Source: Flaccisagitta enflata
Taxonomy: Eukaryota
NCBI GenBank assembly: GCA_965153355.1
Contig: OZ231126.1
Span: 28,024,001 to 28,088,000 of the forward strand
Direction: 5' to 3'
DNA length: 64,000 bases
Positions within the stretch are counted from its first letter, which is position 1, and each line of letters starts with the position of its first letter. The translations under genes and the position numbers were made by a program. A model generated the notes under the pieces. The model did not search any database. It was not told the origin of the DNA and saw only the letters and a program-made list of their open reading frames with translations. Below are positions 61,765 to 64,000 of this stretch, piece by piece.

Positions 61765-62326
61765 CAGTAGATCTCGTCTAGCCTTGAGATAACGGGGGCA
61801 AGCACTATGGAAGAACAAATAAATTTGGAATAAAAACATATAAAGGAATAATTTATTCCCCATCATACTTGGTTGCCATGGAAACGCATTTCCATGTATT
61901 TATACTAAAATATCAATATTTTGAGGAATATTGCTTAGAATTAAATTTGGTACAACTTTCCCACAGTATGTTCTGTAAGAATATCGCTCGTTTGGCTGTT
62001 GCTAGAGAGCGTATCCACGTGTGACAACCCCTAGCAACCGCTAAACGAGCGACATTCTTACAGAACATACTGTGGGAAAATTGTAGCAAATTTGATTGTA
62101 GGCAATGTTGATTGTTGATTGTAGGCAATGTTGCCTCATAAAATTTCTCAAAATATTGATACTTTATAAAGTATCAATATTTTGAAATAAGTTTCCATAG
62201 CAAGCAACTATCATGGGCAATAAAGCATCATTTTATAAGGTTATGTTCCAAATATCAATCCTCTGGTTAAATTTGTTAATCTACAATGCTTGCCCCCGTT
62301 ATCTCAAGTCAATACGAGATCTACTG
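61765..62326. mobile_element. Palindromic MITE (TA TSD) nested in an older TIR element (~61500-62462)
   Basis: TA|CAGTAGATCTCGT...TTGAGATAACGGGGGCAAGCA and its inverse ending GATCTACTG|TA. The host has AAAAAAAAGACGCAC / GTGCGTCTTTTTTTT ends and a relative at about 12045-12595. Confidence 0.8.
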
Positions 62327-64000
62327 TACAGACCTGGGGTTGGTCTAGAATAAAAGATTTTTTGAAAATCTTTAAAAATGACTCAGCTAAAAATAGTTAA
62401 GATAATTTTTTTTATCTGTTTTATAAACAAATAAAGAGGTGCGTCTTTTTTTTATCCACGTTGTAAATGACTAGGTCATGCGACCGCTGTTTTTTTTTCT
62501 TGTTTTTTTTTTGCGATCTGTTGCATTTATCAAAAATAAGGATAAGACAGAACGCTGTGTCAAGATCGCACTAGCACTTTTTTTCCCAAAAAAAGTTTGT
62601 ATTTTCTCAATTTTATCATGTAGACCAATAATGACTGAAAATGAAAAAAGAAGGAATGAAATAAACCAAAACAAAACCATACTCAGGCAGTTTTGAACCA
62701 TGGCATCTTATCTTTTCTTTTTGATAATCGTTTCTTTGAGGAAAAGAAACTTTTTTTTTTGCCATATTAAAAAAAACGTGTTACAGAGATTGAAAATTCG
62801 ATCAACACAATAGAACCGCCATGACTTGTTTAAAGGCGATTGTTCCACCCTATGAAATGTCTTAGTACGTTTGGGAAACGAACAATAAAACCAAATAAAA
62901 CTTATTATTAAATGGGCCATAACTTTTTTTAGTTTTTTTCTATGGAGATTCCTGTTGTTCATATTGCCTATTTAGGACGTAAGCCCACTTAAACTGGGTC
63001 TTACTAGTATTGCAGCAGAAAAATTTCAAAGGCATTTTTTTTTCAATGAGGAATCTAATAACAAGAAAGACTAATTGTAACAATTTAATATCCAAGACGC
63101 TGTAACAAAAAAAAAGTGGTTTACCTTTTTTTTTGGGAGTGAGAATTTCTTTCTGTCCTTTATAACTGAGTTTATAAAGACGTAGCATGATGGGTTTAAC
63201 ATAATGTATAAATTTGGTATAACGGGTTCAAGTACGGATAAATGAATCTACAAAAGTATTAATAAAACCAGAGGCTGATGGAGTTTATCTTGACTGTTTT
63301 ACTTGATGAATTATTAGATATACAATAAGTGCTATTATCAGCAAAACTTCTTGAGGGCGACATGCAAATACAGATTTCTTTTTGTCCAAGGATGAGAGGG
63401 CTGGAACGTGATCTGAAAAATTCGAAGCTCTCCTTCATATTGGTAATGGATTTGCAGAATTTTCTATTTCATTTTTTTAACTTTAATTATTAGCGGTGTA
63501 AATATTCCATCGGTCATATAAATACTCGTATGTAGAAGCTGGATAGTTGGCAAAGCTATTGGAATAAGTATAATGATCAACATTTCACTTGAGCAAAAGT
63601 TCTGGAGATGGAATAGACTACTTATCTAGAAAATGCAATTTTGTTTTATCTCATCAGTCACACTCGTCAGTTTCAACCCTGTTTAAAGAACTTCGTAAAA
63701 ATTCCTAAGCTCTACATTTGAGTTCCAATAATTGATTTAAAAAATCAACATTTTTCAGGGATTTAGAAGGGTTTTAAGAACAAAATGATGGGATTGAACC
63801 TTAAGACGGGTTTAAAAAGATAAATAAATAGTGACATGAATACATAATCGACATGTCAATATCATTTCACACAATCACAACAGTTAGCATGTTGGTCAAA
63901 ATGTCCCAAAAACATGTTGCAAAAGTACCGTATAAAAGTATAAGTTATAAAACTTGGGAGAATCATACTGATGTGGCCGGTTTAGATGATAACAGAGCAA

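Overview
Repeat-rich eukaryotic (invertebrate-animal-like) genomic DNA with spliceosomal introns; most ORFs in the track are microsatellite artefacts. Four protein genes could be spliced by hand with consistent phases: the 3' part of a myosin-XV-like gene (MyTH4-FERM tail, +, 3669-30110, with a ~19.5 kb intron), an intron-poor TRPM-like channel (-, 38479-33530), an SLC2A13/HMIT-like myo-inositol transporter (+, 45410-52999) and a small permuted-papain-fold (PPPDE/LRAT-like) peptidase (+, 58113-59848). Mobile DNA includes many Helentron/DINE-1-like non-autonomous elements, MITEs, a Penelope-like GIY-YIG fragment with a minimal hammerhead ribozyme and a LINE 3' fragment. Three features are most unusual. 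(1) A young 1.48 kb non-autonomous LTR element (43307-44783) has a 58-nt 'PBS' that looks like a cDNA copy of mature, modified tRNA-Leu (CCA present, GAG anticodon = I34 footprint, mismatch at 37, end at 26); it may also carry a spliced antisense ORF. (2) A second element consists only of LTR + tRNA-Lys 3' half + LTR (22807-23492). (3) A 13-copy tandem array is made of a myosin splice acceptor plus exon start, and only the last copy is the real exon (22400-25010). Family assignments rest on recalled motifs; no database search was run.
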